Origin: the human T2T-CHM13v2.0 reference genome, Homo sapiens
Strand: one strand, 5' to 3'
NCBI RefSeq assembly: GCF_009914755.1
Contig: NC_060937.1
DNA length: 64,000 nucleotides
The translations under genes and the position numbers were made by a program. The notes under the pieces are model-generated. The model searched no databases. It was not told where the DNA came from and was given only the letters and a program-made list of their open reading frames with translations. Every line of letters begins with the position of its first letter. The stretch's first letter is position 1. Positions 42,700 through 59,135 of this stretch are shown in pieces.

Positions 42700-43933
42700 C
42701 CTTTGCAGTCAATTCTTTTTGATAAAGGTCCTTGATACCACCTTATACCTATTTTCTGCTCTTCTTTTTGATTTTTAATTCACTTTATGTGTTCTGGTTC
42801 TTTTATCTGATTCCAAAATGTTAGCTTTTTGCCAGATTTTTATTCTTTCACATAGTTTCTGTCCATGGTGTTTTTTTCTTCTTGTAATAATCACTTAATT
42901 TTCATAAATTATCATTTATTCCCTGATGACATATATTTGTATGATCAGTCTAGATAGCTGTTCTGAGCTCTTAGTCTATAAATTTTTCTGCTTCATAGAC
43001 ATGGATATCTATGAAATATCAACTTGGAGGTCCCAGAAAGATCTCATATCTAACATGCCTATAGCAGACTCATTATCTCCCCAAATTTGTTCCTCTTCTT
43101 GTGTTTCTTTGGTGAGTGAAAGATGATGGTATCACATCCTTCCCAGCCAAATGATTCCCAAATTAAAAACTCTGCTAAGGCATGTTTAATCCTCCATTTC
43201 TTTGAGGCTCAAAATTCATCATAAATTCCTCTTGGATCAGGCTCTTATTATTTTACTACAGTTAGTACAATAGACAATCAAGTACCCTCCTGACTTTTAG
43301 TCATGTGCATCTATACTACTATGCATGTAGTTTTAAAAATTCATATATTTTGCTTCCAGAGACATGTTCATAAATTGTAAATCGATTTGTTTTACTCCCC
43401 TATTTAACAATCTTTATACCTTCCTCTTAGCTTCAGTAGGAAGTCCAAACTTCTCAAAATGTTTTACAAAGTTTCTGATGATTGTTTTAGCCTTTATTTT
43501 CAGCTGTCTACCCCCATCCCCAACTTCTATACACCTTCCTTCCTGTCACACTGACCAAGGCACTATTTATTCTAGTTAGCAGCTTACATTGCTATTGTTG
43601 CTCCTTCTGTGTGAGAAAACTCTTTTGACCATCTACTAGGCCAATTTTGCCTAGCTAATTCCTACTGCTTTTTCAAGGTTAACTCAGAAATAGCTCCTCC
43701 ATGAAGCATTTCCTGAAATGTCTTGACTTTTATGCATTGATGATCCTCTATCCTAATCAAGATTTCCACATGTATCACAATGTGCTAAGTCAGACCATTT
43801 TACATGTTTGACTTCCCAGAGTAGACTATAGAATACTTGAGAGCAGAAAACCTGACATCTTTTTCCATCTTTGCCCCTAAAACCACAAAGTCTGTAGAAT
43901 AATATATGTTTAACAAAAGTTTTCTGAATGACT
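42700..43933 (+). mobile_element. L2 long 3' fragment
   Basis: CCTGATGAC, CAACTTGGAGGTCCCAG...CTAACATGCC, GCTAATTCCTAC...CCTCCATGAAGCATTTCCTGA, AGACTATAGAATACTTGAGAGCAG and the ...TTTCTGAATGA terminal pattern of L2. Confidence 0.7.
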
Positions 43934-44602
43934 GTGATACACTTATTTTGTATTTATTTCCTTTTAAAAATATTTAACCATCTACAGTGGGCCTATAGCC
44001 CCATTATACTACTTCTGTAGAGACAGGATTTTCTGTATAGTCAATAAAATTCAAATCACTTGATTAATTCTACTGACAAGATTTTATATATGCATTCATT
44101 TTTTTCATATCCTGGAATCTTTCTTTTTCTTCTTTTATTTCCACTTTTCTTTTAAACTGAAGATATTGACAAGCTTTCCTGTCATTTAAAAATATTTGAT
44201 AGCTATACTTTTTCATAGCATGTTTGCAAATTTTATAATTAAAATCAATTGTTATTTTAATCTTCTACTGCATACTGTCTGTGACGAAATGTGGTCAACA
44301 ATCTTGGACTCATTTTGCTTTTTCTCATAATCTAGTGAACTACTACTACACAGTTTGCATATCTCAGCTCTAACATCTCTTCCTCTAGAAAATATCACTT
44401 GCCTTTGTTTTGATCTGTATTCCTTTAATATAGACTCCCAGGGCACCATGTACCAGTCATCACAGTCAAAACTGTATACTATACAATCACTAACATTTGC
44501 ATTCCATGAGGGTGGAGCATATGTATATATCATCTCATCATTTTATATCCTGCACCTCACATAATGACTGACATAACAGGTGCACATATAATATATATTT
44601 CC

Positions 44603-44786
44603 TTTTTTTTTTTTTTTGAGACAGAGTCTTGCTTTGTCACCCAGGCTGAAGTGCAGTGGCACAATTATAGCTCACTGCGTCCTTGACATTGCAGGCTCAA
44701 GTGATCCTCCTGCCTCAGCCTCCTGAGTAAGTAAGTCTAAAGGAACTTGCTATCATGCCTGGCTGTTTTTTTGTTTTTGTTTTTTG

Positions 44787-44817
<31 letters not shown>

Positions 44818-44941
44818 TTTTTTGTGGAGACAGAGGTCTCACTATGCTGCCGAGGCTGTCTCAAACTTCTGGCTTTAAGCTATCTTCCTGCCTCGGCCTC
44901 CCAAAACACTGGGATAACAGGCTGAACTATCAGGCCCAGGC
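44603..44941 (-). mobile_element. AluJ with expanded (CA)n/A-rich linker
   Basis: Antisense AluJ. TSD TATAATATATATTTC on both sides; linker contains (TG)n and poly-T. Confidence 0.88.
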
Positions 44942-46032
44942 GTATAATATATATTTCTTTATTCAAAGACTAAATAAATATAAATCCACAGGGGAATGGT
45001 TAAATTTGACTTCACACAATCTGTAGATTTAGAAAAGAATCATTCGAAGAGAATGATGGGTTATTTCTCAAGTCTATGGAAGAGGAAATGACGACAATCA
45101 GAGGCATAAATCTCGATTAGAGGTTTAGTTTATTTCCAATGAGAAGGTTTAGAAAATAAAATAACTCGCTAAGGAAGCTTACGGAATTTCTTCAGCACAA
45201 ACTCATGGTTATATAAAGGATTGGTGTCAAAGTCAGACATTTTGTATACAATTTTTGCATGAATATGGTTCTAATGAAAACAGAGATGGCTTTCTATGGT
45301 TACTTTTAGCCTTTAGATTTTGAACTAAATTTATTTTACTTGTGATTAAAGAGTTCTTGAATTGTGTGCTCAGATAATACTCCATATTGTATCATTAGCC
45401 TAATAAAGTAACACTTTGTGTTTCCTATACAATAAAATGAAAATTATCTATATGGTATTAAGTTTACAAATATGTTTCCCAAGCAAGAGCATGATGGATT
45501 ATAGTCCCACTGAACATTCAATATTAGCTCTTGCATGGAAAGAAAAAGAAAATTCACTTTGAACTGAATTTAGATAAACATATCTCATAAGTGAATCAAC
45601 TTTCAATAATTCACAGCAGTAAAGCCCAAAATAAAGGAGATATATTATAAATACCATACCTCAAACCAAGACTGGCATCATCATAATATTAAATTATACA
45701 TTCTATTTATCAACAAATTTCCCTTCCATTGCTTTTCTCTAAAACACAATTTAAAGTATTTTGTATCACTATTAAATAAAATTGATATACTGTATCATGA
45801 CAAATAGACTCTGCTATATTTCTTAAAACATTTGATGTCACTGTTTATTTTTTGTGGACCATAAGAACCTCATCATATGTGGAAGGCTATAAGCAAGAGT
45901 ACATTGGCTTTGAAAGTAAAAATACATTAAAAATAATTTTGACATGTATTTTCCTTCCATATTCAAGATATGCTTTTGATTTCACAGCAAAATTCAATAT
46001 TTGGTTTTATTATTAGGCAATAGTATTTTAAA

Positions 46033-46275
46033 TTTATTTTTATTTTTAAAAACTTTCTTTGATATACAATAGTTGTATGTATTCTTGGAATACATGTCAT
46101 ATTTTGATACCTGTGTAAGATGTGTCAGGATCAAATCAGGGTAATTGAGGTAGGTTTTACCTCTTATAATTTTCTTTCTATGGGAACATTATAAATCTTC
46201 TAATCCAGCTATTTTGAAATATACAGTAAATTATTGTTAACTATAGCTTTCCTACTGTACTGTTGAAAACTTATT
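46033..46275 (-). mobile_element. L1MA 3' end fragment
   Basis: TACATGTCATATTTTGATAC...GATCAAATCAGGGTAATTG...CTATTTTGAAATATACAGTAAATTATTGTTAACTATAG matches an antisense L1MA 3' UTR. Confidence 0.82.
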
Positions 46276-47831
46276 AAAACTCAACATACTACTATTATCT
46301 GTGATATAATGTAAAATTTAACATATATATTGACCTGACTCAAATAATATTTACATGTGTCTACAAGGGCCTTGCCAAGCTTGGAAAATTATTAATTCAA
46401 TAATTAGCTTCTATTTGAGCTAAAAGAAAAAATATTACCACCCCAAAGAGAATCTAATTTACAAAATAAGATTATTTCCCAAAGGTATTAAAGCCAAATT
46501 TCCAAATCCTAAATATCTACCAAGTACTTTCATTGGCTTGTTTCCTTTTCTTACCTGTGTAAGAGCTGCTTTTTAAAATTTCTGCTGACTTGCTTATATC
46601 TCCAAATTATGTTCATGTAAGGCTCATTGAGCCACAGAACCTAAGACAGGCTCATTTAAAACTACCATTTTTTTTGCAGATAGAAAAATACATGAAAAAT
46701 TAGACTATTAAGATTTTTAATTGTCTCACAACTTCAAAATATTCCCCAACCTGGGATCTATGAGAGATATTTTATGGCAGATACTAATTATTGATATTTT
46801 ACCTACTTAGTTCTAAGAGCTTCCTTTACACCAACTTGGACATATATACACACAGATGTATATTCACATGCACATGTATGACCCTGCTATCTCTGATAAT
46901 AAAATGGAAATTTATATTTTAAGCATATATGTTTATATTTTACTAAATTACGTATTTTAACAGCAACAAGTGTTGGGTCCACCATTGAGAAAACAAATAA
47001 AGCTGTATAAACTGTGATGTAGATCATTATCCTATAAAGATTTCAGACCTGGCTCTGTGGCTTTGAATCTAACCTTGAAAATCCTCTGCATATAATTTTA
47101 TAAACTTAGTCATTAGGGAGTGTTTTCATTTACATAATTATCCTCCAGGATATTTCCATCTCTCAAAATGTCCCTTTAACCATGACATCAATAGGATAGA
47201 AACTTAGAACTCCTCCTTACTGTTTTATTAGGTGTAGCCACAAATTATTCCTGTCACATTTTTAAATTTTAAAAAGTGCTACTCAATCACCTTTAGTTAA
47301 TTATTTAGATCACCTTCCTCCACACTAATTATTTTTGATGGATAAATTTATTAATCTTTTAACTAAAAACACACAAAGTACAAACCAATGACAAGAATTC
47401 ATTCCCTAGTTTGGCAGGTATAAGCTGTAGAATATACGTTCATATGCTACAAATGAACAATCATGTAGCTAGTTGAATTTCCATATAGATCTCAATTTCT
47501 CTGGAAAATCTGTTAAGTGGCATCCAAACATTTATTGGTAAAATGGTTTTAAGATTAGTGGCATTTTCATATATAGAAAAATGTATAAAGGTAGGCTTTT
47601 TTTTTTTTACGACATTAACACTTTGAAGGCCACAAAGCTGTCTATCTTACAGGTGTCTTTATAATATTGACTATTAAAGACTGTACTTTGAAAAATGTCA
47701 CCAAAATAACAAGATTTTGTATTCATATTCTTACTTTTTGTTACTTTGCTAGTCACTTTACTGAGTTCTTATGAAATAACAATGCAATGAAAACAGAACA
47801 CATCAACCTATTTGTATTCAGACTATATATC

Positions 47832-48492
47832 TGTGCAGTAGGTAATTTGGCTTTGCCCCGGAGAGGTCTGGCCTTTTCCCTTGGCTTTAGGGAGATAATT
47901 CATGCCATACCCAATAGAGTATTTTTGCTTAGGTCAGGGGCTGGCCACTCTGGATCTTATGGTAAGATTTCCCACACTAAACAGTCTTTGGATATTGGCT
48001 AGTTATACCAGAAAAATAAACCATATGATTTTAGGGTAGGGGCTTTGGGTCACATGATGTAAATTGACTTGGAACTGAGTTTAAGCATGTGGGCATTTAA
48101 TCAATTAATCAGTTATGCCTACATAATGAAAGCCCAATAAAATATCTGGATAGCAAAGCTTGGGTGAGCTTCCCTGGTTGGCAGTACTCATTGCATACTG
48201 TCATACCTTGTTGACAGGAGGGTAATACATCATGACAATAATTGAAGTTTTAAGTTTGGAGCTTTTCTAGATTCAGCTCTATGCATTTCTTCATTTGACT
48301 AATTTTAGTGTATCTTTTCCCTGTAATAAACAGTAATTGTGAGCTTCGTGGAGTTCTTTAAGTCCTTCTAGTAAATTATTGTACCTGAGAGGGATCTTGT
48401 GAACCCTGCAAATTTGCAATTGGTGTCAGAAATGAAGGCTTTCTTAACGACTGTGTTCTCAGATTTTGCAATTTGGCTAACTCTGGGTAACA
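47832..48492 (+). mobile_element. MER77/MER21-group ERVL solo LTR
   Basis: TG...AATTTGGCTTTGCCC...GAGAGGTCTGGCCTTT, CCCAATAAAA...GGGTGAGCTTCCCTGGTTGGCA, AGTCCTTCTAGTAAATTAT...TGGTGTCAGAAATGA...CA. Confidence 0.78.
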
Positions 48493-48619
48493 ACTAAGTG
48501 TCAAGCTTCCAGCACATTCATTTTCTACACTAGACGTCAATATTAATCAATGTCTACCTCTTCTAAGTTTCAAATTTTTGATGAATAATCAAAATGTGTA
48601 TGTGGTTAAATAAATAGCA

Positions 48620-48825
48620 GCTCTATTCATGTAGCACTAACCATAGGCTAGGTACTGCCTATATATTCTATGTCTCATATCTCATATCAGGCTGTGAAAT
48701 ACACATTGTTATATATATTTTCCAAGTGGAAGAGAAATAAATGACTTATACAGCACTTAGTATGTACTAAAGCCAAAATTCAAAAGCAACTCCATTATGA
48801 ATCCCATGCTCAAAACTACTACCGA
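48620..48825 (-). mobile_element. MIR fragment
   Basis: GCACTAACCATAGGCTAGGTACTG...AATGACTT...AGCCAAAATTCAAA...CCCATGCTC resembles antisense MIR. Confidence 0.5.
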
Positions 48826-49592
48826 ACGCAGTTGGTCCTTGTTAACATAGCTCTCAAACCTATTTTGAGGCTGAGTTGATTAAGGCAGACATATCTTACG
48901 ACTAGAACAGTATGTACATGTTGATTAACATGATTTGTTAAAATACGAGGAATAGCTTGTTCAGTCACATGAATATATATAGTACTGGGCGCTGTTCATA
49001 ACCTCAAAATATTAGATAGTTGTTCACTGAAAAGTTATATCTACAACAGATTGTGCTATTGACTTCTCAAAATTTCAAAAGAGTATCAGCTAATTAGGGC
49101 AGCTGAGAAATCTCCACATATTCCACTACCTTCCTTTGACACATATGCTGACTGGATGCTACAAAATATAATGTAAAGTTTAACTATCAAACACTTGCAA
49201 AATCTTGTATTTCTAAAGCATATGCTGTTAAAATAAGGAGAGGTTTCAAATTAATGAAATAGAGAGATTTGTGAGACTTAGAATTTATCTCACAAACTAA
49301 AGATTGGGTACACTTTGTTCACAAACACAAGGATATACCATATCACATACATTTACACAGACAGATGTATATATAACCCTATATATATAGAAATATGTGA
49401 GGCTTAGGCAAAGTAAATTTAATAGAATCATAAATCTTAAATATGAGCACATTTAGAAAATATGCCAGGTATGAAGGAACTGTGTTTTAAAAAAAAGCAA
49501 CAAAATTAGAGTCAGAATTTCATGAAACAGAATCAGAGATATGTCACTGTGTGAATTTGGTCTTATCTTTGCACGTAGTATTAATAATTTTA

Positions 49593-49893
<301 letters not shown>

Positions 49894-50091
49894 TTAAAGA
49901 TTAAAGAAGACATGATATATGTGAAAATATTCAGTTCATATGCTGGAACACTGTACTTATTCAATAAAAGTTAACTGAGTATATTTAAATATTGATTCAT
50001 GTATCTTTCATTATCTATTAATTAAATACAGCATACTATGATAATTAATATATTTATGATACTTATTTTCTTATGCCTGAACTTTGGTCTT

Positions 50092-50511
50092 AGTTATGGG
50101 CTGAATTCTATCTCCCCAATTGCATATGTTGAAGCCCTAACCCCCCATAGCTCAGCTGTGACTATTTTGGCTAAAGGACCTTTAAAGAGGTGATTAAGTT
50201 AGGATGATGCTATAAGGCTGGGTCCTAATCCAATCCGATGTCTGTAGATAGACCCAGCTTGGTCACCCAAAGGGACACCAGGTATGCACATTCACAGAGG
50301 AAAGAACATGTGAGGACACAGGGAAAAGAAGGTGCCCACAGGCCAGCCAAGGAGAGAGACCTGGAGAAACCAAATATACCCATACCTCGACCTTGGACTT
50401 CTAGTCTCAAGAACTGTTAGAAAATAAATTTCTGTTGTTTAAGCCACCCAGTCTTCTTTTAGATTTTGTTATTGTGACATTTTACTATGGCAGCCCTAGC
50501 AAACGAATATA
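50092..50511 (+). mobile_element. MLT1B MaLR solo LTR
   Basis: GTTATGGGCTGAATT...ATATGTTGAAGCCCTAACCCCC...TTTAAAGAGGTGATTAAGTT...ATGTGAGGACACAGGG...AATAAATTTCTGTTGTTTAAGCCACCCAGTC...ATGGCAGCCCTAGCAAAC. Confidence 0.87.
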
Positions 50512-51404
50512 GCCTTCTAATAAAAAACAAAGTTTTCAGGGTGATACTTAATTGACAGCACAATTGCTTGTTCAGGCATTGAAAACTGGTCATTGCAACA
50601 TTTTTAAATGTCCTCAAGCATGGATTTCATAATATGAATAGGTAAGTCTGTTTTTATCTTGAAGATGCTTACAAGAGTCTCATTTCTATGTGTATTCTCC
50701 CATTTCTGAAACATACACTTCCTTTACACCTATCTGAATCCAATCTGTCATGCAGAAACTAGCTCTCTTCATAAAGACTTAACTAACAACTCTATCTTCC
50801 AGAGATCTTTCCCCTGATTCAACCCTTAACTGCCACCTTCTTTATCAGGCAACTTCGCAGGATCATTTGTCTTACTTATAAAGCCATATAAAATATACGT
50901 TCCTGAGGGGAAAAAAACAGTGTAGCCTCTATTTTTTCCATCTCCCATGAAACGCAGGGTAGTGCCTTGAATAAAATAAGCACAAAAATAATGTGGAGTT
51001 AATAAATCATTTTGATAAAATGCAAGTGAGAAGATGTAATAATTTTTATCTTATATTTATTCATCAAATAATAATTGTTTTAGAAAGGTTGCACTAAGTT
51101 AAAACATGTATTTGTTCTCTCTTTATTTCTATTTTTCATATAAAAACACGTGATTGCTTGCATTTTGGTTTTGTCTGGTTTCTGCCATGCCATTAGCATG
51201 GTAATTTAAGGTTGATAAATTTAGCCCTTGTGCAGTTTTTCAGCCCTTAGCAATAGACCACTGGTTCTTGAAACTTTCTTTCTCAATATCTCTTTCAGAA
51301 CTTAATTAAAAGTTATTGGTGGTTCTCACCAAAAGTGGGCTACCCACATGAGTTGGCAGTCTATTTACTTTTGTTGAATTAATGTAAATTAAAATTTGGA
51401 AGAG

Positions 51405-52306
51405 GGGGGAGGAGCCAAGATGGCCGAATAGGAACAGCTCCGGTCTACAGCTCCCAGCGTGAGCGACGCAGAAGACGGGTGATTTCTGCATTTCCATCTG
51501 AGGTACCGGGTTCATCCCACTAGGGAGTGCCAGACAGTGGGCGCAGGCCAGTGGGTGCGCGCACCGTGCACGAGCCGAAGCCGGGCAAGGCATTGCCTCA
51601 CCTGGGAAGCACAAGGGGTCAGGGAGTTCCCTTTCCGAGTCAAAGAAAGGGGTGACGGACGCACCTGGAAAATCGGGCCACTCCCACCCGAATATTGCGC
51701 TTTTCAGACCGGCTTACAAAATGGCGCACCACGAGACTATATCCCACACCTGGCTCGGAGGGTCCTACGCCCATGGAATCTCGTTGATTGCTAGCACAGC
51801 AGTCTGAGATCAAACTGCAAGGCGGCAGCGAGGCTGGGGGAGGGGCGCCCGCCATTGCCCAGGCTTGCTTAGGTAAACAAAGCAGCCAGGAAGCTCGAAC
51901 TGGGTGGAGCCCACCACAGCTCAAGGAGGCCTGCCTGCCTCTGTAGCCTCCACCTCTGGGGGCAGGGCACAGACAAACAAAAAGACAGCAGTAACCTCTG
52001 CAGACTTAAATGTCCCTGACAGCTTTGAAGAGAGCAGTGGTTCTCCCAGCACGCAGCTGGAGATCTGAGAACGGGCAGACGGCCTCCTCAAGTGGGTCCC
52101 TGACCCCTGACCCCCGAGCAGCCTAACTGGGAGGCACCCCCCAGCAGGGGCACACTGACACCTCACACGGCAGGGTATTCCAACAGACCTGCAGCTGAGG
52201 GTGCTGTCTGTTAGAAGGAAAACTAACAAACAGAAAGGACATCCACACCGAAAACCCATCTGTACATCACCATCATCAAAGACCAAAAGTAGATAAAACC
52301 ACAAAG
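51405..52306. promoter_or_regulatory. L1 5' UTR internal sense promoter and antisense promoter (CpG-rich)
   Basis: Intact YY1 site AAGATGGC (51417-51424), RUNX3-site region TGCATTTCCATCTGAGGTA, SOX-type AACAAA sites (about 51876 and 51976), and many retained CpGs. Confidence 0.8.
51640..51855 (-). CDS. ORF0: LINE-1 ORF0 (71 aa antisense ORF), intact
   Basis: MAGAPPPASLPPCSLISDCCASNQRDSMGVGPSEPGVGYSLVVRHFVSRSEKRNIRVGVARFSRCVRHPFL* matches primate L1 ORF0; ATG at 51855-51853. Expression at this locus is unknown. Confidence 0.8.
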   Translation of the reverse strand: MAGAPPPASLPPCSLISDCCASNQRDSMGVGPSEPGVGYSLVVRHFVSRSEKRNIRVGVARFSRCVRHPFL

Positions 52307-53322
52307 ATGGGGAAAAAACAGGACAGAAAAACTGGAAACTGTAAAACGCAGAGTGCCTCTCCTCCTCCAAAGGAACGCAGTTCCTCACCAGCAACAGAAC
52401 AAAGCTGGATGGAGAATGACTTTGACGAGCTGAGAGAAGAAGGCTTCAGACGATCAAATTACTCTGAGCTACGGGAGGACATTCAAACCAAAGGCAAAGA
52501 AGTTGAAAACTTTGAAAAAAATTTAGAAGAATGTATAACTAGAAGAACCAATACAGAGAAGTGCTTAAAGGAGCTGATGGAGCTGAAAACCAAGGCTCGA
52601 GAACTACGTGAAGAATGCAGAAGCCTCAGGAGCCGATGCGATCAACTGGAAGACAGGGTATCAGCAATGGAAGACGAAATGAATGAAATGAAGCGAGAAG
52701 GGAAGTTCAGAGAAAAAAAATAAAAAGAAATGAGCAAAGCCTCCAAGAAATATGGGACTATGTGAAAAGACCAAATCTACGTCTGATTGGTGTACCTGAA
52801 AGTGATGCGGAGAATGGAACCAAGTTGGAAAACACTCTACAGGATATTATCCAGGAGAACTTCCCCAATCTAGCAAGGCAGGCCAACGTTCAGATTCAGG
52901 AAATACAGAGAACGCCACAAAGATACTCCTCGAGAAGAGCAACTCCAAGACACATAATTGTCAGATTCACCAAAGTTGAAATGAAGGAAAAAATGTTAAG
53001 GGCAGCCAGAGAGAAAGGTCGGGTTACCCTCAAAGGGAAGCCCATCAGACTAACAGCGGATCTCTCGGCAGAAACCCTACAAGCTAGAAGAGAGTGGGGG
53101 CCAATATTCAACATTCTTAAAGAAAAGAATTTTCAACCCAGAATTTCATATCCAGCCAAACTAAGCTTCATAAGTGAAGGAGAAATAAAATACTTTACAG
53201 ACAAGCAAATGCTGAGAGATTTTGTCACCACCAGGCCTGCCCTAAAAGAGCTCCTGAAGGAAGCGCTAAGCATGGAAAGGAACAACCAGTACCAGCCGCT
53301 GCAAAATCATGCCAAAATATAA
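52307..53322 (+). pseudogene. L1 ORF1p (RNA-binding chaperone), frameshifted
   Basis: MGKKQ...coiled coil...RPNLRLIGVPE...YPAKLS...NHAK. A 1-nt loss at 52713-52720 (A8 where consensus has AAAAAAGAA) splits it into the 138-aa and 186-aa ORFs. Confidence 0.93.
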
Positions 53323-53385
53323 AGACCATAGAGACTAGGAAGAAACTGCATCAACTAACGAGCAAAATCACCAGCTAACATCATA

Positions 53386-57211
<3,826 letters not shown>

Positions 57212-57429
57212 ACAATGAGATCACATGGACACATGAAGGGGAATATCACACTCTGGGGACTGTGGTGGGGTGGGGGGAGGGGGGAGGGATAGCATTGGGA
57301 GATACACCTAAGGCTAGATGACGAGTTAGTGGGTGCAGCGCACCAGCATGGCACATGTATACATATGTAACTAACCTGCACAATGTGCACATGTACCCTA
57401 AAACTTAAAGTATAATAAAAAAAAAAAAT

Positions 57430-57722
57430 TTGGAAGAGGTTAGTCAAAGGATACAAAATTTCAATTAGACAGGAGGAATAAGGCCAAGAGATCTATGGTG
57501 TAACATGGTGAATATGGTTAATAACAATGTATTGTATGCTCAAAAATTGCTAAGAGAGTAGATTTTAAGTGTTCTCACTATAAAAACAAATATGAGTAAC
57601 ACATATGTTAAATAGCTTGATCTAGCTATTCTGCAAAGCATACATATTCCAAAACACCATGTTATATACCATAAATACATACAATTTTAGTCGTAAATGA
57701 AAAACAACTAAGTTAAAAAATT
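57430..57722 (+). mobile_element. Old L1MA 3' end fragment directly downstream of the L1PA2
   Basis: GTCAAAGGATACAAAATTTCAATTAGACAGGAGGAATAAG...AAAATTGCTAAGAGAGTAGATTTTAAGTGTTCTCAC matches an L1MA 3' UTR. Confidence 0.85.
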
Positions 57723-58889
57723 GAAAATAATTTTAAAATTTATAAATTTTTAAAAACTTCTGTAAGAAAACAAAACACAAGTAGTGTCATGAGATATAAC
57801 TTAAAGATGTATTAGACGTAATGCCTGCTCTTAAAATGGCTTAAAGTCTACTGGGAAAAATAGACATGTCTACACACACCCACATACCAAATTGAAAAAA
57901 AATGTAAATGGGAAAGGGCAGATGAGAAAGGCCATACGTGCATAAAAAGATGGCCAGAAGGTGTCCAACAAGGTTACTTGTATTATTCATGTGCTATTTA
58001 AAATCTTCTCGCAAAATCATGACTGGAATTAGAGAGCCCCACGCATCTGGGTAATGGAATTCTGACTGTCTCCACACTTCCAAAACTATAAACCCTTCTT
58101 TAAACGATCAACAATTCCTGGGACATGTATTTATTATTTTGTATTAATCAATTCACATATCCCTGGAGAAAGATACTTTATGACCAGATGAAGATTAAAT
58201 AAGCCCGACAGAACCAAAATATTTATTTATGAAAAAGAATAAACCATCTCTATACATGGATCGCATGCATAAAACTATGCAGGTAGACTCTAAAGCATGA
58301 CTTGAAGTAAAGGTTATCAGTGTTATCAGTGAATTTTTAAAAAATTTATTTATTTTGAAAAGTCCAAAACTAAATGAAAGGTACACGACCAATCTCTTGT
58401 CCTAAATATCATGTTTGTGTTAGCCTTCCAGCATCTACCACACACAAAACATGTTCACATGAGAAAATACATTCCCAGTACTTGTTTAATTACTAGAAAG
58501 TTGTATGTCATTTTACTGGATATATTAAGCAAATGCTAATAATAGGATATAATATATACATATATATAATTTCCTCATTCTCTTTATTATTTTCAATATA
58601 AACACAAGAAAGAAATTCAGGTATAAAAAATGAATATGTTATTCTTTCAAGGTAAACATGGACAGAGTTTTAGACTGAAAGGAAATATGGTTTCTGGTCC
58701 TAGCTGGCCCACTGACATATTGACTTTCATAAATCTGACATCTCAAATATATATTAGTTCTGGCATTTACTGACTATTTCCTCACCTCCAGGAATAAAAC
58801 AAGATTACTTGTAAATATCTCAGAGAGAAAAGTTTTTAGTTTCTTTTCTCTATTTCTTTCATTTTATTTCACATTTGTACATTCACCTA

Positions 58890-59135
58890 TATGAAATGAG
58901 CACGTAATGCAGGATCATATTGCCTGGATTCAAATTCAGTCTCCGTAACGTAGCTATATAAACTTAGCAATTTACTTTTTGTGTGAGCCTCAGTTTTCTC
59001 ATCTGAAAAACAGAAATAATAGCACCCCACTCATAAGGATGTTTTGAAGACCAAGTTGATGAAGGGATCTTTGGCAATTAGAGAAATATCTGACATTTAA
59101 TAGGATTAAATCACTACCGAGTATTGTTGTTGATG
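58890..59135 (+). mobile_element. MIR
   Basis: TGCCTGGATTCAAATTC...GAGCCTCAGTTTTCTCATCTGAAAAACAGAAATAATAGCACC matches the MIR core. Confidence 0.8.

Noticed and set aside
57429-57722. Possible L1 3' transduction (extra sequence and A-rich end after the poly-A)
   Set aside because: The TSD follows the poly-A immediately (57425-57439), so the downstream sequence is pre-existing L1MA flank.
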